Assembly (NCBI RefSeq): GCF_009914755.1
Contig: NC_060926.1
Length of the DNA stretch: 64,000 nucleotides
Strand: one strand, 5' to 3'
Origin: the human T2T-CHM13v2.0 reference genome, Homo sapiens
The notes under the pieces are model-generated. The model made no database searches and was not told the origin of the DNA. It was given only the letters and a program-made list of their open reading frames with translations. A program made the position numbers and the translations under genes. Of this stretch, positions 26,054-42,345 are shown piece by piece; the stretch's first letter is position 1, and each line of letters begins with the position of its first letter.

Positions 26054-26713
26054 ACATATATATTACTGTGATTGTCATTTGGTGTGTCAATTTGATTAAA
26101 AATATTTGTGAATATTTATTATATCTATAGTTTATTTTTCTTGGGTTAACTTCAATAAATTTGTATCAGCCTATGGAGTCTTGCCTGTTTTTGTGCTTGA
26201 TCCTTTAGATATTCTTATAAAATTTTGTATATTATAAATACACGTGTAAATTAATAAAAGGACTGACATTACTGGCAACCTTAGTTCTTAAATACATATG
26301 ATGGAGATTTTTAAGTCAAATAAAATGGAAAACTAGTATTTTTCTGCCTTTCAAAAGCAAAGTATGACATTCCCTTATTTCTAGCCAACCCCATGGTAGA
26401 GTCGGAAGCCTGAGAAGGTGCTGAGTTTTACTCATAAGATGTTCTCCAAGAAGAGTTTAACCAGACATACTTCAGAGGTTTCCTTGGAATAGTTTGTTTT
26501 TATTTTTGTTTATGAAAATATCACAATCATGCCTCATACTGTGTTAGAAAGTTGTAATATTCCCATGAATCCCAGAGCTAACTCTTGTCTTTCTAAGCAC
26601 TTAACAATGGATAATGAAACATTCTAGGGAAGCTTTCTTCACTTCTGTTGTCCCAAGGCCGTTACTGATATTAAATTAACCTCATTTTAAAGAGAATTTT
26701 TAAAAACTTTCTA

Positions 26714-27062
<349 letters not shown>

Positions 27063-28361
27063 TCATCTTATCAAAGGCATTCCTTTTCTTTTAACATTTG
27101 GAGCACATGGTTCAGAAAGATAAATTCCATCTATGCTGATGAGCAGAAGATGGCAACAGGGCTCCCGACTCACTGAGTTGTTTTTATCCTTTTTTTTCAG
27201 ATTAGCTCTGGGAAAGATTTTATAATGCAAGCCAAAAAAACAAAGTTTCTTCTACCTCAACCCTCATAGGCCATATTTCTGATCGGGGTAGTGATTACAT
27301 TTGATCAGGATTTTAAGTTCTAGAGTTTTCATTACGGAGGTAAAAAAACAGCTTTGAGATCAATGCTGGAGGACACTGAGTGAGTGGTATGAATAAATTA
27401 TGCGGTGGTGTATTGACAAATATACACTACTGAATATACAGAATTTAATATTAAGGTATTGTGGCTAGATTTTCAAATACCACTGCTAGAATATCATTAA
27501 TTCTGTTACAGGCTATTTTTCAAAATAAGAGTCATCATTTTATTTACATTAACATTTTATAAACTGTATACCTAAATTGTGTGCTTCAGGGAACTAGCTG
27601 ATTGCCTTTGGGACCCAGAGAGCTACTGTTACCCAAACTGAAAGGATAAATTGATTAGTAGCATAGTGGGCTTTTTCACACAACCCTGAAACTTGAGGGA
27701 TTTTAAGCATAGCCAGAAGGAGAATATTCAGCTGAACAACTTAACAGTCAGATTCAGTGAGATAAATTTGATGTTGCTATCAGGGCAACCAACTTCTGTG
27801 TATATTTTATTTTTCTTTTTTCATTGTATCCTTAGCTTGCAGAGAAGGAAAGCATGGGGGAGACCCATAAAATATATTTTCCAAATCAATCAAAAAGATC
27901 TACTTCTTTAGAATATTATTAGCTTGTCTCCCATGCAATCTATAACTATTAAAGTCTTTTAAAATCACTTTTCAATTAAAAGGGTTAGATGAAACTGGAA
28001 AGTATCAAAACCCATTCTTCCCTGGGCCTCTACCCATATTTAAAAACTATTTCAGACAAATAAAAATGTTCTTTTATTTTGGAACCCATGAACCCTTTGC
28101 CAATATTTATTGTTGAGGAAGATGGCACAGAGGACAGTAATGTCAAGGAATTTGTTGGAAGTAGGTATCTCTTGCCAATGAGGCAAGGTGTCCCAGAGGA
28201 GTTGGGCTTGAATTGCACTTTTAAAAACTTGTAAGAACTGGGCAGTCAGAGGAGATGAAAAATTATAATTTATTTTATTACAGTGATCACAAACAATATC
28301 AGTAAATCAGACTGTGTATTTCATACAAAGGGATTAGTGAAATGTTAAATAACTGAAAATT

Positions 28362-28621
28362 GGCTGGGTGTGGTGGCTCACACCTGTAATCCAGAACTTT
28401 GGAAGGCTGAGGCAGGCAGATCACTTGAGGTTAGGAGTCTGAGACCAGCCTGGGCAACATGGTGAAACCTTGTCTCCACTAAAAATATAAAAATTAGCCA
28501 GGTGTGGAGGTTGAGGCAGGAGAAATACTTGAACCTGGGAGGTGGAGGTTGCAGTGAGCTGAGAGCACCCACTGCACTCCAGCCTGGGCGACACAGTGAG
28601 ACTCTGTCTCAAAAACAAAAA
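28362..28621 (+). mobile_element. Alu (S/J) with internal deletion
   Basis: ggctgggtgtggtggctcacacctgtaatcc. The right-arm start is deleted at ~28505. Confidence 0.9.
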
Positions 28622-28669
28622 CCTGAAGAATATTTTCCCTCCTTGCTGGCATTAAAAATGAAAATGAAA

Positions 28670-30239
<1,570 letters not shown>

Positions 30240-30240
<1 letters not shown>

Positions 30241-30470
30241 AACCAGGGAACATTATAATCAAATTGCCAAAAATCAAAGGCAAAGAGAGAATTTTGAAAA
30301 CATCAAGAGAAAAGAGATATGTTACATACAACAGAACTTTAATTAGACTATCAGTGAATTTCTCAGCAGAAACCTTGCAGGTCAGGAAACAGTTGGATGA
30401 TATATACAAAATGCCAGGAGAAAAATTAAAATCTTGTCAACTCAAAATAGCTTAGCTAATAAATCTGATC
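30240..30470 (+). mobile_element. L1 ORF1 C-terminal remnant
   Basis: ORF 30264 KIKGKERILKTSREKRYVTYNRTLIRLSVNFSAETLQVRKQLDDIYK matches L1 ORF1p. Confidence 0.85.
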
Positions 30471-30479
30471 TTCTTAAAA

Positions 30480-31555
<1,076 letters not shown>

Positions 31556-33884
31556 CACCCAGCAGGAGGAATTTGAGTCCTAGCTGGCTCTCCCACTGGC
31601 TGAATATAAAGAGGTCTGGGGCCAGAATAAATTTGAGTGGCAGTCAGGCTACTTGGACTACAGTCCTTCAGTGAGACCTGGAGGTTTGTCTGAATCACAC
31701 AGTGCATTTGGGGTGCAGGTGACCCAGTGTGACACCAACTATGAAGGCCAAGTAGTGCCTGCATCACATCTTCCCCAACTCCAGGCAGTGAAGCTTGAGG
31801 AGAGATTCCCTTAGTTTGGGGAAAGAAGAGGGGAAAGTACAGAAGACTCTGTCTTCCAACTTGGATACCAGCTCACCCACAGTAAAATTAAGCAGAAATC
31901 GGATTCCTGAAGCACCCAGTTAGAGGAATTAGCTTCTACATGGCATTTCTAGACTCACTTTTGGCCAGAAGGGAATCCACGGCCCTGAAGGAAAGAATCC
32001 AGTCTCAGCAGGATTCACCACCAGCTGAATAAAAAGCCTTCTATCCTTGAATAAATGTTAGCAATAGTCAGACAGTAGTTGCCACAGGCCTTGGACAAGA
32101 CCCAGTACCACACTGGCTTCAGGTGCAACCCAGTGTAGTGCCTGGATGGTACTGGTGTTGGTAGTGATGGTACTGGTACAGTGTGGTACTGGTCGCCACA
32201 AGAGTGCTTGTATGACCCCTCCTCCAACCTGACTAGGGGAAAGAGAGGGAAGAGAGTGAGAGATTTTGTCTGGTAACCCAAGGGATTCTCCCCTATCTTG
32301 CTCAAGCCCCCCAAGGTAGTGCCTCTAGGAGTTGTCAAGAGTTGCAGCATTTCTGGGATTAGGGTGTTCCGTAGTGCTGAGACCACTGCAGTGACCACAG
32401 GCTTAGATCACAACACATGAATACATGGAAAACCTCCTCAAAAAGGATGCATACAAATAAGTCCAGACTTCAAAGATTGAAATAAATACCTAAGTCTTCA
32501 GTGCCCAGCAATCAAAAATGTCCACAAGCAACAACAACATCCAGGAGAACATAACTTCACCACACAAACTAAATAAGGCACCAGTAACCAATCCCAAAGT
32601 GATGGAGATATGTGACATTTCAGTTCTGACAGGGAATTCAAAATAGCTATCTTGAGGAAACTCAATGAACTTCAAGTTAACAGAGAGAAGAAATTCAGAA
32701 TTCTGTCCATGATAATTTAACAACGAGATTAATGTTTTAAAAAGCAAAAATTCTGGAGCTGAAAAATTCAAATAAATAATTGAAAAAATCATGAGCGTCT
32801 CAACAGCAGAACTGATCAAGCAGAAGAAAGAATTAGTGAGTTTAAAGACAGGCTATATAAAAATACACAGTCTGAGGAGAAAAAAAGTAAAAAGGAATGA
32901 GGCATGCCTACAAGATCTAGAAAATAGCCTCAAAAAGGCAGATATAAAAGTGACTGGCCTTGAAGAGGATATAGAGAAGAAATCAGGGTAGATAGTTTGT
33001 TCAAAGAAATAGTAACAAGGAACTTTCCAAACCTAGAGAAAGATAGGAATATCCAGGTATAAGAAGGCCATAGATGCCAAGAAGATTCAACCCAAATAAG
33101 ACTACCTCAAGGCTTATATAATCAAATTCTCAAAGTCAAGGATAAAGAAAGGACCCTAGATGGAGAGAAAAGAAGCAAATAACATATAAAGGTGCTTTGA
33201 TATGTCTGAAAGCAGACTTCTCAGCAGAAACCTCATAGGCCAGGAGAGAGTGAAATCACATATTCAAAGTGCTGATGGGAAAAAAGACTTTCAACTTAGA
33301 ATATTATAGTCAGCAAAATTAACCTTCAAACATGAAGGAAAAATACTCTCTTAGACAAGCAAAAGCTGAGGGACTTCGTAAACAGCAGACCTGTCTTAAC
33401 AATAAATTCAAAAGACAGTTCTTCAAACTGATAGAAAAGGACATTAATGAACAGCGAGAAATCATTTGAAGGTATAAAATTCACTGGTAATAGTAAGTAC
33501 ATGGACAAATACAGAATATTTTAAAACTGTAATTGTGTATTACCACTCATATTTTGAGCAGGAAGACTAAGGACAAATTTATAAAAATTATAACTACAAA
33601 AATGTCTTAAGAGATAGACAACATAAAGAAAATAGAGACAACAAAAAGTTAATGGTGGTGATGAAGTTAAACTGTGGAGTTTTTTTAGTTTTCTCTTTGC
33701 TTGTTCATTTTTTTTCTTTTCTTGTAATCAGAATTAAACTGTCATTAGTTAAAATAATAGATTATCAGATGGTATTTACAAGACTTACGGTAACTACAGA
33801 ACAAAAACCTATAACATACACACACAAATACAAAGCAAAACACTAAAACATATTACTAGAATAAATAAGTTTTACACAAAGGAA

Positions 33885-33997
33885 GACAGGAAGGAAGGAA
33901 GGAAGGAAAAGGGGAAGGGGAGGGGGAAAGGGAAGGGGAAGGGGACGGGAAGGGGAAGAAGGGGAAGGAGAAGGGGAAGGGGAAGGGGAAGGGCAGG
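33885..33997. repeat. Purine-rich (GGAA)/(GGGGAA)n tract
   Basis: Direct reading of the sequence. Confidence 0.9.
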
Positions 33998-34511
33998 ACC
34001 AATGGAACAATCAGAAAACAAATAACAAAATGAAAGTAGTAAGTCCTTACCTATCAATAATAGTATTGAATAAAAATAAACTAAATTCTCCAATCAAAAG
34101 ACATAGACTTGCTGAATGGGTAAAAAACAAGACCCAACTATATCCTGCCTATAAGAAACTCACCTCACCTATAAAGACACACATAGCCTTAAAATAAAGG
34201 AATAGGAAAAGGTATTCCATGCAAATGGAAACCAAAAAAGAGCAGGAATAGCTATATACATATTAGATAAAATCAATTTCAAGACAAAAACTGTAAAAAG
34301 AGACAAATGACAAAGATACAATTCAGCAAGATGATATAATAATTGTAAATATATATACACACCCAATGCTAGAGCGCTCAGACATATAAAGCAAATGTTA
34401 TTACAGCCAAAAAGAGAGACCCCAATACAATAATAGCTGGGACTTCAACATCCCACTTCCAGCATTGGACAGATCATCTAGATAAAAAATCAATAAAAAA
34501 TATCAGACTTA

Positions 34512-35185
34512 TAAAAAATAACAGATTCTGGTGAGGCTACAGAAAGGAAGGGGACGCTTATTCTGTTGGCAAGAATTTAAATTAGTTTAGCCATAGTGGA
34601 AAGGACTTTGGGGATTTCTCATATGACTTGAAACAGAACTACCATTTGACCCTGCAATCCCATTTCTGGGTGTGTAGCCAAAGGAAAATAAATAATCCTA
34701 CCAAAAAGACACATGCATTTGTGTGTCTCATAGGAGCAAAGACATGGAATCAACCTAGATGTCCATCAACTGTGGATGGGATAAATAAAATGTGGTATAT
34801 ATACATCATGGAATACTATACAGCCATAAAAAGAGCAAAATCCTGTCCTTTGCAGCAACATGGATGCAGTTGAAGGCCAATATTCTAAGCAAATTAATGA
34901 ATGAACAGAAAACTAATTATTGCCTGCTTTCACTTATAAGAAAGAGCTAATAATTGGGTACACATGGACATAAAGATGGGAACAATAGATCCTGGGGACT
35001 ACTAGAAGGGGAAGAGATAGAGTGGGGCAAGGGTTGAAAGACTGCCTATTGGGTACTATGCTCACAACCTGAGGGGGTCATTCATACCTCAAAACTGAGC
35101 ATCACACAATATACCCATGTAACAAACATGAACATATATACCCTCTGAATCTAACATAAAAGTTGAAATTACTAAAAAATAAAAA
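34512..35185 (+). mobile_element. L1PA15/16-like 3' fragment nested in the endonuclease region of the older L1
   Basis: 3'UTR cctattgggtactatgctcac..tctgaatctaacataaaagttgaaatt. The degenerate TSD is aaatatcagactta / aaacatcagattta. Confidence 0.85.
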
Positions 35186-35620
35186 AGAAACATCAGATTT
35201 AATCTTTACTATAGGCCAAATGGATCTAATAGACATTTGCAGAACATTTCATTCAACAGCTGCAGAATACACATTTTTTCCCAGCAAATGGAGCATTCTC
35301 AAGGATACACCACGTGTTAGACTACAAAACAAGTCTCAAAACATTGAGAAAAATTGAAATAATATTAAGTATTTTTACTAAAGACAATAGAAAAAAACTG
35401 AAAATCAAGAAGATATACTTTTGAACATATACAAACACATGAAAATAAACAATATACTCCAGAATAATCACTGGGTTAATAGGGAAATTAAGAATAACAT
35501 TTAAAAATCCTGGAAACAAATGAAAATGGAAACACAACATACCGAAACCTATGGGGACACAGCAAAAACAGTACTAAAAGGATAGTTGATAGCAATAAAC
35601 ACCTACATCAAAAAAGCTGA

Positions 35621-35903
35621 GGCCGGGCGCCGTGGCTCACGCCTGTAATGCCAGCACTTTGGGAGGCCCAGGCGGGTGGATCACGAGGTCAGGAGATCGA
35701 GACCATCCTGGCTAACACTGTGAAACCCCGTCTCTACTAAAAATACAAAAAAATTAGCTGGGCAAGCTGTAGTCCCAGCTACGCGGGAGGCTGAGGCGGG
35801 AGAATGGTGTGAACCCCGGGGGGCGGAGCTTGCAGTGAGCCGAAATCGCACCACTGCACTCCAGCCTGGGCGACAGCGAGACTCTGTCTCAAAAAAAAAA
35901 AAA
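35621..35903 (+). mobile_element. Young AluY, CpG-rich
   Basis: ggatcacgaggtcaggagatcgagaccatcctggctaacac, with a perfect TSD aaaaaagctga. Confidence 0.95.
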
Positions 35904-37689
35904 GCTGAAAAGCTTCAAATAAACAACCTAATGATGTGTCTTAAAGAATTAGAACAGCAAGAGCAAAAAAAAACCCAAATTAGTAGAAGAAAATAAATAA
36001 TAAACATCACAGGAGAAATAAATAAAATCTAAACTAAAAAAACAGAAAAATTTAATGAAATGAAAAGTTCCTTGTTTGAAAAGATAAACAAAATTGACAA
36101 AACTTTAGCGAGACTAAGGAAAAAGAGGACCCAAATGAATAAATCAGATAAAAAAAGAACAGTATAACTGATTCCACAGAAATTCAAAGGATTTTTAGAG
36201 CCCATACAAGCAACCATATGCCAGTAAATTGGAAAACTGAGAAGTCCTAGACACATACAACCTACCTTAACTTCATGGTTGAACCATACATCAACCATAC
36301 ATCAACTTCATGGTTGAACCAGGAAGAAATCCACAACCTAAAGAGACCAATAACAAGTACCCTGATATTATAGAAGTAATAAAAAGACTGCAATCAAAAA
36401 CATCCCAGGACCTGATGACTATACTGTTGAGTTCTATCAAACATATAATAAAGAACTAATACCAATCCTACTCAAACTATTCCAAATAATAGAGAGGGAA
36501 TACTTCTGAACTCATGATATAAGGCCAATATTACCCTGATACCAAAACCAGAAAAAGATACAATGAAAAAAGAAAACTATAAGCCAGTATTTCAGATCAA
36601 CATAAATGTAAAAATCTTCAACTACTAGAAAACTGAATCTAAGAGCACAATAAATCTTTTATACAAGTTTTATACAAAATAAATCTTCATATTTTATACA
36701 AAATAAATCTTTCATTGTGCTCTTAGATTCACTTTTCTAGTATTTTGTTTACTGGCATAAAACTAGACACATAGACCAATGGAACAGAATAGACAGCCCC
36801 AGAATAAATGCATAAATCTACGTGAATTCATTTTTGACAGAGGTGCTGAGAACATAGATTGGAGAATAGACAGTCTCTTCAACAAATGGTGCTGGAAAAC
36901 TGAATATCCATATGCAGAAGAATGATATTAGACCCCTATCTCTTGCAATGTACAAAAATAAAATCAAAATTTATTGAAAACTTAAATATAAGACCTTAAA
37001 CTATGAAACTACTATAAAAATTGGAGAAACACTCTAGGATATAGGTCTGTGTAGAGATTTATTGAGTAAGACCTCAAAAGGGCAGGCAACCAAAGCAAAA
37101 GTGGATAAATGAGATCACATGAAGCTAAAAAGCTTCTGCACGGTAAAGGAAACAATCAACAAAGTGAAGAAACAACCCACAGAATAGGAGAAAATATTTG
37201 TAGACTATCTATATGACAAGGGATTAATAACCAGAATATAGAAGGAACTCAACTCAATAGAAAGAAAACAAATTATCCAATTATTAAAATGGGAAAAGGT
37301 CTGAATAGATATTTCTTGAAAGAAAGGTACAAATGTCCAACCAACATCACTAATCATCAGAGAAATGCAAATCAAAATGACAATGAGATATTATCTCACC
37401 CCAGCTAAGACAGCTTTTATCCAAAAGACAGGCAGTAACAAATGCTGGCAAGGATGTGGAGAAAGGAGAACCTTCATACACTGTTGGTGGGAATGCAAAT
37501 TAGTACAACCACAATGGAGAACAATATGTAGGTTCCTGAAAAAGCTAAAAATAGAACTACCATATGATCTAGCAATTTCATGGCTGGGTATATGGCCTAA
37601 AGAAAGGAAATTAGTATATAGAAGATATATCTGCAGTTTTATGTTTATGGCAGCACTAGCCACAGTAGCCAAGAACTAAAAAACATGGA

Positions 37690-39160
37690 GAAAATTATCA
37701 GAAATTTGTTCTTATTTAATTTTAATAAAACTGAAAAAACTCTTAGGAAGACTAATTTTTTAAAAAGCAAACACAAATTACCTATGTTAGGAATATTAGA
37801 GATGACATAAGTATAAATCATTTAAATATTAAAACTATAACAATTGAATATGAAAAATTTTAACCAATAAATTTGAAAATTTGAATGAAATGAAAACTTC
37901 CTCTGAAAACTCAACTTACCAAATGGACTTAATAATAAATTAAAAATCTGAGTGATTTGAAATCTCATGAAGAAATAAATTCAATTTAAGAAATCTTCCC
38001 ACAATGAACATTTCAAACTATGATAGATTAACCTGTGAATTCTTCCAAACACCAATATTACACAAAATCTACCAGATAATAAAGATGGTACACTTTCTAC
38101 CTATTTGTATGGAGATTACATTACTGTGATGCCAAATCCCTACAAGAACGGGAAAAGAAAAGAAATTTACTGGCCAATATCTTTCATCAATCTAATTCAA
38201 AATCCTATGTAAAATACTACACAATAGAATTCAGTGATTAAAAAAGCAATATTCCAAGACTAAGCTGTTTACTTCAGAAAACCAAGGGTATTTTTACACT
38301 TGTAAATCTATCAGTGTCATACACCACATTAATAAATACATAAGTGAAAAATTATATAATCATCTCAATAGAAGCAGAAAAATAATTTGGTAAAATTAGA
38401 TACCTAGTTATGTTAAAAACAGTAAACTACATCTTCATAATAAAAGAATACAAATTAAAATCACAATGCAATACCACCACTAAAAGAATAAATACAATAT
38501 AAAAGGGTATAAGCAACAAGTGTTGGAAAGGATATACTGCATTAGAATTCCCATATATTGATGGGAGGAGTGCAAATGGGTTCAAAAACTTTGAAAAACT
38601 GATAGCATACACTAAAATGGAATGTACTCATATCCTATGACTCAGAAATTCCATTCTGAAGTAGAGATGTAACAGAAATATGGATATATATTCCCTAAAG
38701 ACATGAAAAAATGCTTAAAGCAGTGCTATTTCTAAGAATTCCAAACTGATAATTGCCATATTTCCTGAATGTTGAAGAGATAAGTAAACTGTGGTATATT
38801 GATGAATGGAATTTTATCAAAAAATGAGAATGAACCAACTACAAGTACAATACATATGAATCTAAGAAACATAACGTTGATTAGAAGACAGATACAAAAG
38901 AGTGCCTACTATATGGCTCCATGCATTTCAAGTTCAAAATAGGAACAATTAACCTGTGCTGTCAGAAGTGATAATAATGGTTACCCTGGGTAAAAGCATA
39001 GTGACTGGAATGGGGCATTAAGGAGGCTTCTGGTGTGCTCATAATATCTTTTTTGATCTGGCTGGTGCTTATACATGTGTGAGCAATTTGGGATAATTCA
39101 CTGACCAGTTGAGTTATAATTTGTACACCTCTTCCTATATGTATTATAAATCATTAAATG
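37690..39160 (+). mobile_element. L1ME-like ORF2 remnant and 3'UTR
   Basis: ccaataaatttgaaaattt; aatcatctcaatagaagcagaaaa; atggttaccctggg..gaggcttctgg..tttttgatctgg. Confidence 0.7.
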
Positions 39161-39200
39161 TTTATACATATATATAATAATGTATATAATATACTATATA

Positions 39201-39202
<2 letters not shown>

Positions 39203-39240
<38 letters not shown>
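39203..39240. repeat. (TA)19 perfect microsatellite
   Basis: Direct reading of the sequence. Confidence 0.95.
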
Positions 39241-39243
<3 letters not shown>

Positions 39244-39707
39244 TTAGCTTTCTATAGTGGCTATAACAAATTACTACAAACATGATGCCTGAAACAACAT
39301 AAAGTTATTATCTTGCAGTTCTGTAGGTCAGATGTTTGACTTGTGTCTCACTGGGTTGTGTGTGTTTCTACAGACTCTAGGGGAGAACCTTTTCTTGTCT
39401 TTTCCAGCTTCTTGATGTTGCCCACAGTTTTAGCTCATAGCTCTCTTTCTTCATCTTCAAATCTAGCAGCTCTCTTCCATTTTCTGTCATCATATCTCTG
39501 ACTAACTACCCAAGAAAGTTTCTCCACTTTTAAGGATTCATATGATGAGACTGTACCCACCTGAATAATCTGTGATGATCTCCCATCTCAAGGTCCTTAA
39601 CTTTAATCACATCTGCAAAATCTCTTTTGCCACAGAAGTTAACATAATCACAGGCTCCAAGTTCTAGGAATTATGATGCAAATATGTTTGGGGGCCATTA
39701 TTCTGCC

Positions 39708-39712
<5 letters not shown>
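39240..39712 (-). mobile_element. MLT1 (ERVL-MaLR) LTR
   Basis: gtattagctttctatagtggctataacaaattactacaaac ... ttaatcacatctgcaaaatctcttttgcca ... ggccattattctgcctac. Confidence 0.85.
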
Positions 39713-39741
<29 letters not shown>

Positions 39742-39778
39742 TTATTTATTCTGCCTACTGTGTGTGTGTGTGTGTGTA
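39711..39778. repeat. Duplicated (TG)n microsatellite
   Basis: ttattctgcctac(tg)n occurs twice. Confidence 0.9.
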
Positions 39779-42169
39779 TTTGTATATTTAGGAAAATTTC
39801 ACTTGGCTCTTTAATCTAAATCTGTCTTCCTGACCACTTTCTATAGTGGAAGAGTATCTCTAGATTCTATTCCCAATCTGGACACTTGGTGGGTATGTGG
39901 TTATGCAAGTTATTTCACTTAGTTTATCCAAATGTTATACTGGGAGGCTAGAATAGTTGATCTGTAAATTAACTACTCATATCTAGAACTGACATAATAC
40001 AACTACTACTAATAATATAAAATACTTACATTTTACCTTTCATTAAAGAATTTTGGAATACAACATTTTAACCATTTGTGAATTATTCACTGTGGGAACA
40101 AACTAGTCAAATCTCATCCAGTTGTTTTCTACCACCCATCAGATTTCTTGGTCTCCATCTCTAAATTCAAGACATGAAGATTCACTTTAATGATCACCAA
40201 GACATACTTACTGCTCAAAATATGTGCAAGATGTTTCAAATCTCAACATAAATGATTTTGGGGGGTAGGGGTTAGCTCCAGATCATCAATATCTTAAAAG
40301 AGGATCCATATCATTTGCAATTCAGGGAACAAGTTACTTCCATTTTTAAATGTGAATGTTTATACTTTAAATACACGTCTTCCTATTATTCTTCAGTTAT
40401 TATATAACCTAAATTTAGAATCCAGAAGATCCTAGCTTTGCTATGGCCCTTTTCACAGCAGCATTTTGTATGCCATGCATCAATCTATACCAAGTTCATG
40501 AACCCCAAAATTACAGTGAGAAACAACTCATATAAAGAATGGCAGATCATTTTCCAAACCTGAAATGCTAATATAATGCCATCCGGATAATTTATTTTGT
40601 CTTTCTACGAGAGACATTTGGTCTCCCAGAGATCACTAAAGACTTCTAATTCTGGTGCCTAAGGCTGGGACAGCATGCACTCTCTTCAAGAGAAGTTCCA
40701 CTAAAATGCAAAATGACTTTTATTTCTTACCACTCCACACAATACAAGTGTTAGAAAAGTGCCCTAAATATCCTGGTATATCCTGCTGTGGTTTTTCTCA
40801 CCAACCTTGCTCATTTCCACAGATCATTAGTTTTATATTCTGGAGTTCCACAAGCCAGGAGAACTTTCAATGTAGCTGGTGCAACACAAAAGCCATGGCA
40901 AGAATTACTGGCCATGTGGCTGACTTCCTCAGAGAACCTAAACCCAGAGCAACTCCACCTCTGCACTGGAAATAGAGCAGCACTTTGCCTACATTTCAGT
41001 CTTGAAAGGATTAGAGCAATTTGGAAGGGCTTATTTATCCTGAATAACATGGTCTGAAGGTCCAGTTTTAGAAATTTTAAGCCTACCAAATTTTCTAAGA
41101 AGTAGTATATGTTGGCTAGTAAGAAATTTAAGAACATTTTGTGTCAACTCAAAATCACTTTTGCTTTTTATTTCTATTTGTATCTTCAAAGATTGTACAT
41201 AAATTCTTTATTTGAAGCAAATGTAAATGAGATGTGGTACTCATACCTGGATTGCATTGTTTCTCGATTAAAATACAACAAGCTGCAGAAAGACTTTAAA
41301 ATAGTGGAGTTTAGAGAAATGTTGATGCCTTCTTCGGGAAGTGAGAACAGGAGTATTCAACCTACTTGTGGTTGTCTTTGAGTTTAAATAGAGTTCTCCT
41401 TCAAGTAGCCTTCCTCCCCACATTACCCTGTGTTTGACACTCTTGAGAACAGTGTAATCAATTTATGTCACTGCTACGTGTGACTTTGGTATCAGTGTAC
41501 TTTTTAAGACGCTAAACTGAGGTTTATGGTGAAATATCCAAACAGTCCCAGGCTGCTATATTAAGTAAGCATCTCTGCCAAGAACACAGAGAAATGCAAT
41601 GGAAGAGCCGGCAATAATACACCTGTCCTGAGGCAATCAGTCTTGAGTCGTATTCTATATTTTTGTATCTCCAAAGCAGCTCATGAATTTGACATGTAAT
41701 GAATGCTATTGTGAGGGTATGCTTGAAAATTTGGAGAACCTGCTTATAAAATAGTAAACAATGTGGAGCATAAGAATAAATAAACACAACACTGTTTTGT
41801 ATGTGTTTGTGTGTGTGTGGCCATGTGTACATTGATTGGGGAGACTGCAGATAAAATTAAATATTTGAGAATTTTGTTTTTTCCCAGATTATCACTCATT
41901 AAAATGTTTCCATATACATAGCAAAAATTATATGTACTGAAACGTAGCTACTTTTCCAGCAGTCCAGGAAATAATAAACATTTTGCAATTTTAAAAGATA
42001 TTTGAACAGAGTATAAAATAAAAAACATATTCTGTTGAAGCAGTCTATAGACATATACATACAGAAACATTTAATTTTCATATTACATAAATATGTTATG
42101 AATTTATATCTCTTTTTTCTTGTAACTCCCTTTGTCAGTGATTAAATTTCATGTGTAGAAAAAGCTATG

Positions 42170-42345
42170 TGCTTTACTTACATTATCACAGTTGTTCTCA
42201 CAAGAATCGGAAGTAACAGGCATTTGTATCCCATTTCAAGGGTGAGAAATAGACAATTTTAGAGAGTTAAGTAACTTTCTCTTCATCACACAGCATGTGA
42301 GTGGCAGAACTGGGATTGGACTCAGGTATGTCTGACTCTGCCACA
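42170..42345 (-). mobile_element. MIR
   Basis: atcccatttcaagggtgagaaa..agagagttaagtaactt..gtggcagaactgggatt. Confidence 0.7.

Larger units (their letters stand above)
31556..37675 (+). mobile_element. Long L1 (L1PB/L1MA-age) with 5'UTR, ORF1 and ORF2 remnants; two nested insertions and an RT deletion
   Basis: GC-richer 5'UTR at 31556-32480, ORF1 remnants at ~32520-33450, endonuclease at ~34020-35500, and the ORF2 C-terminus [13 protein letters not shown]...[25 protein letters not shown] at 37365-37679. Confidence 0.88.
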
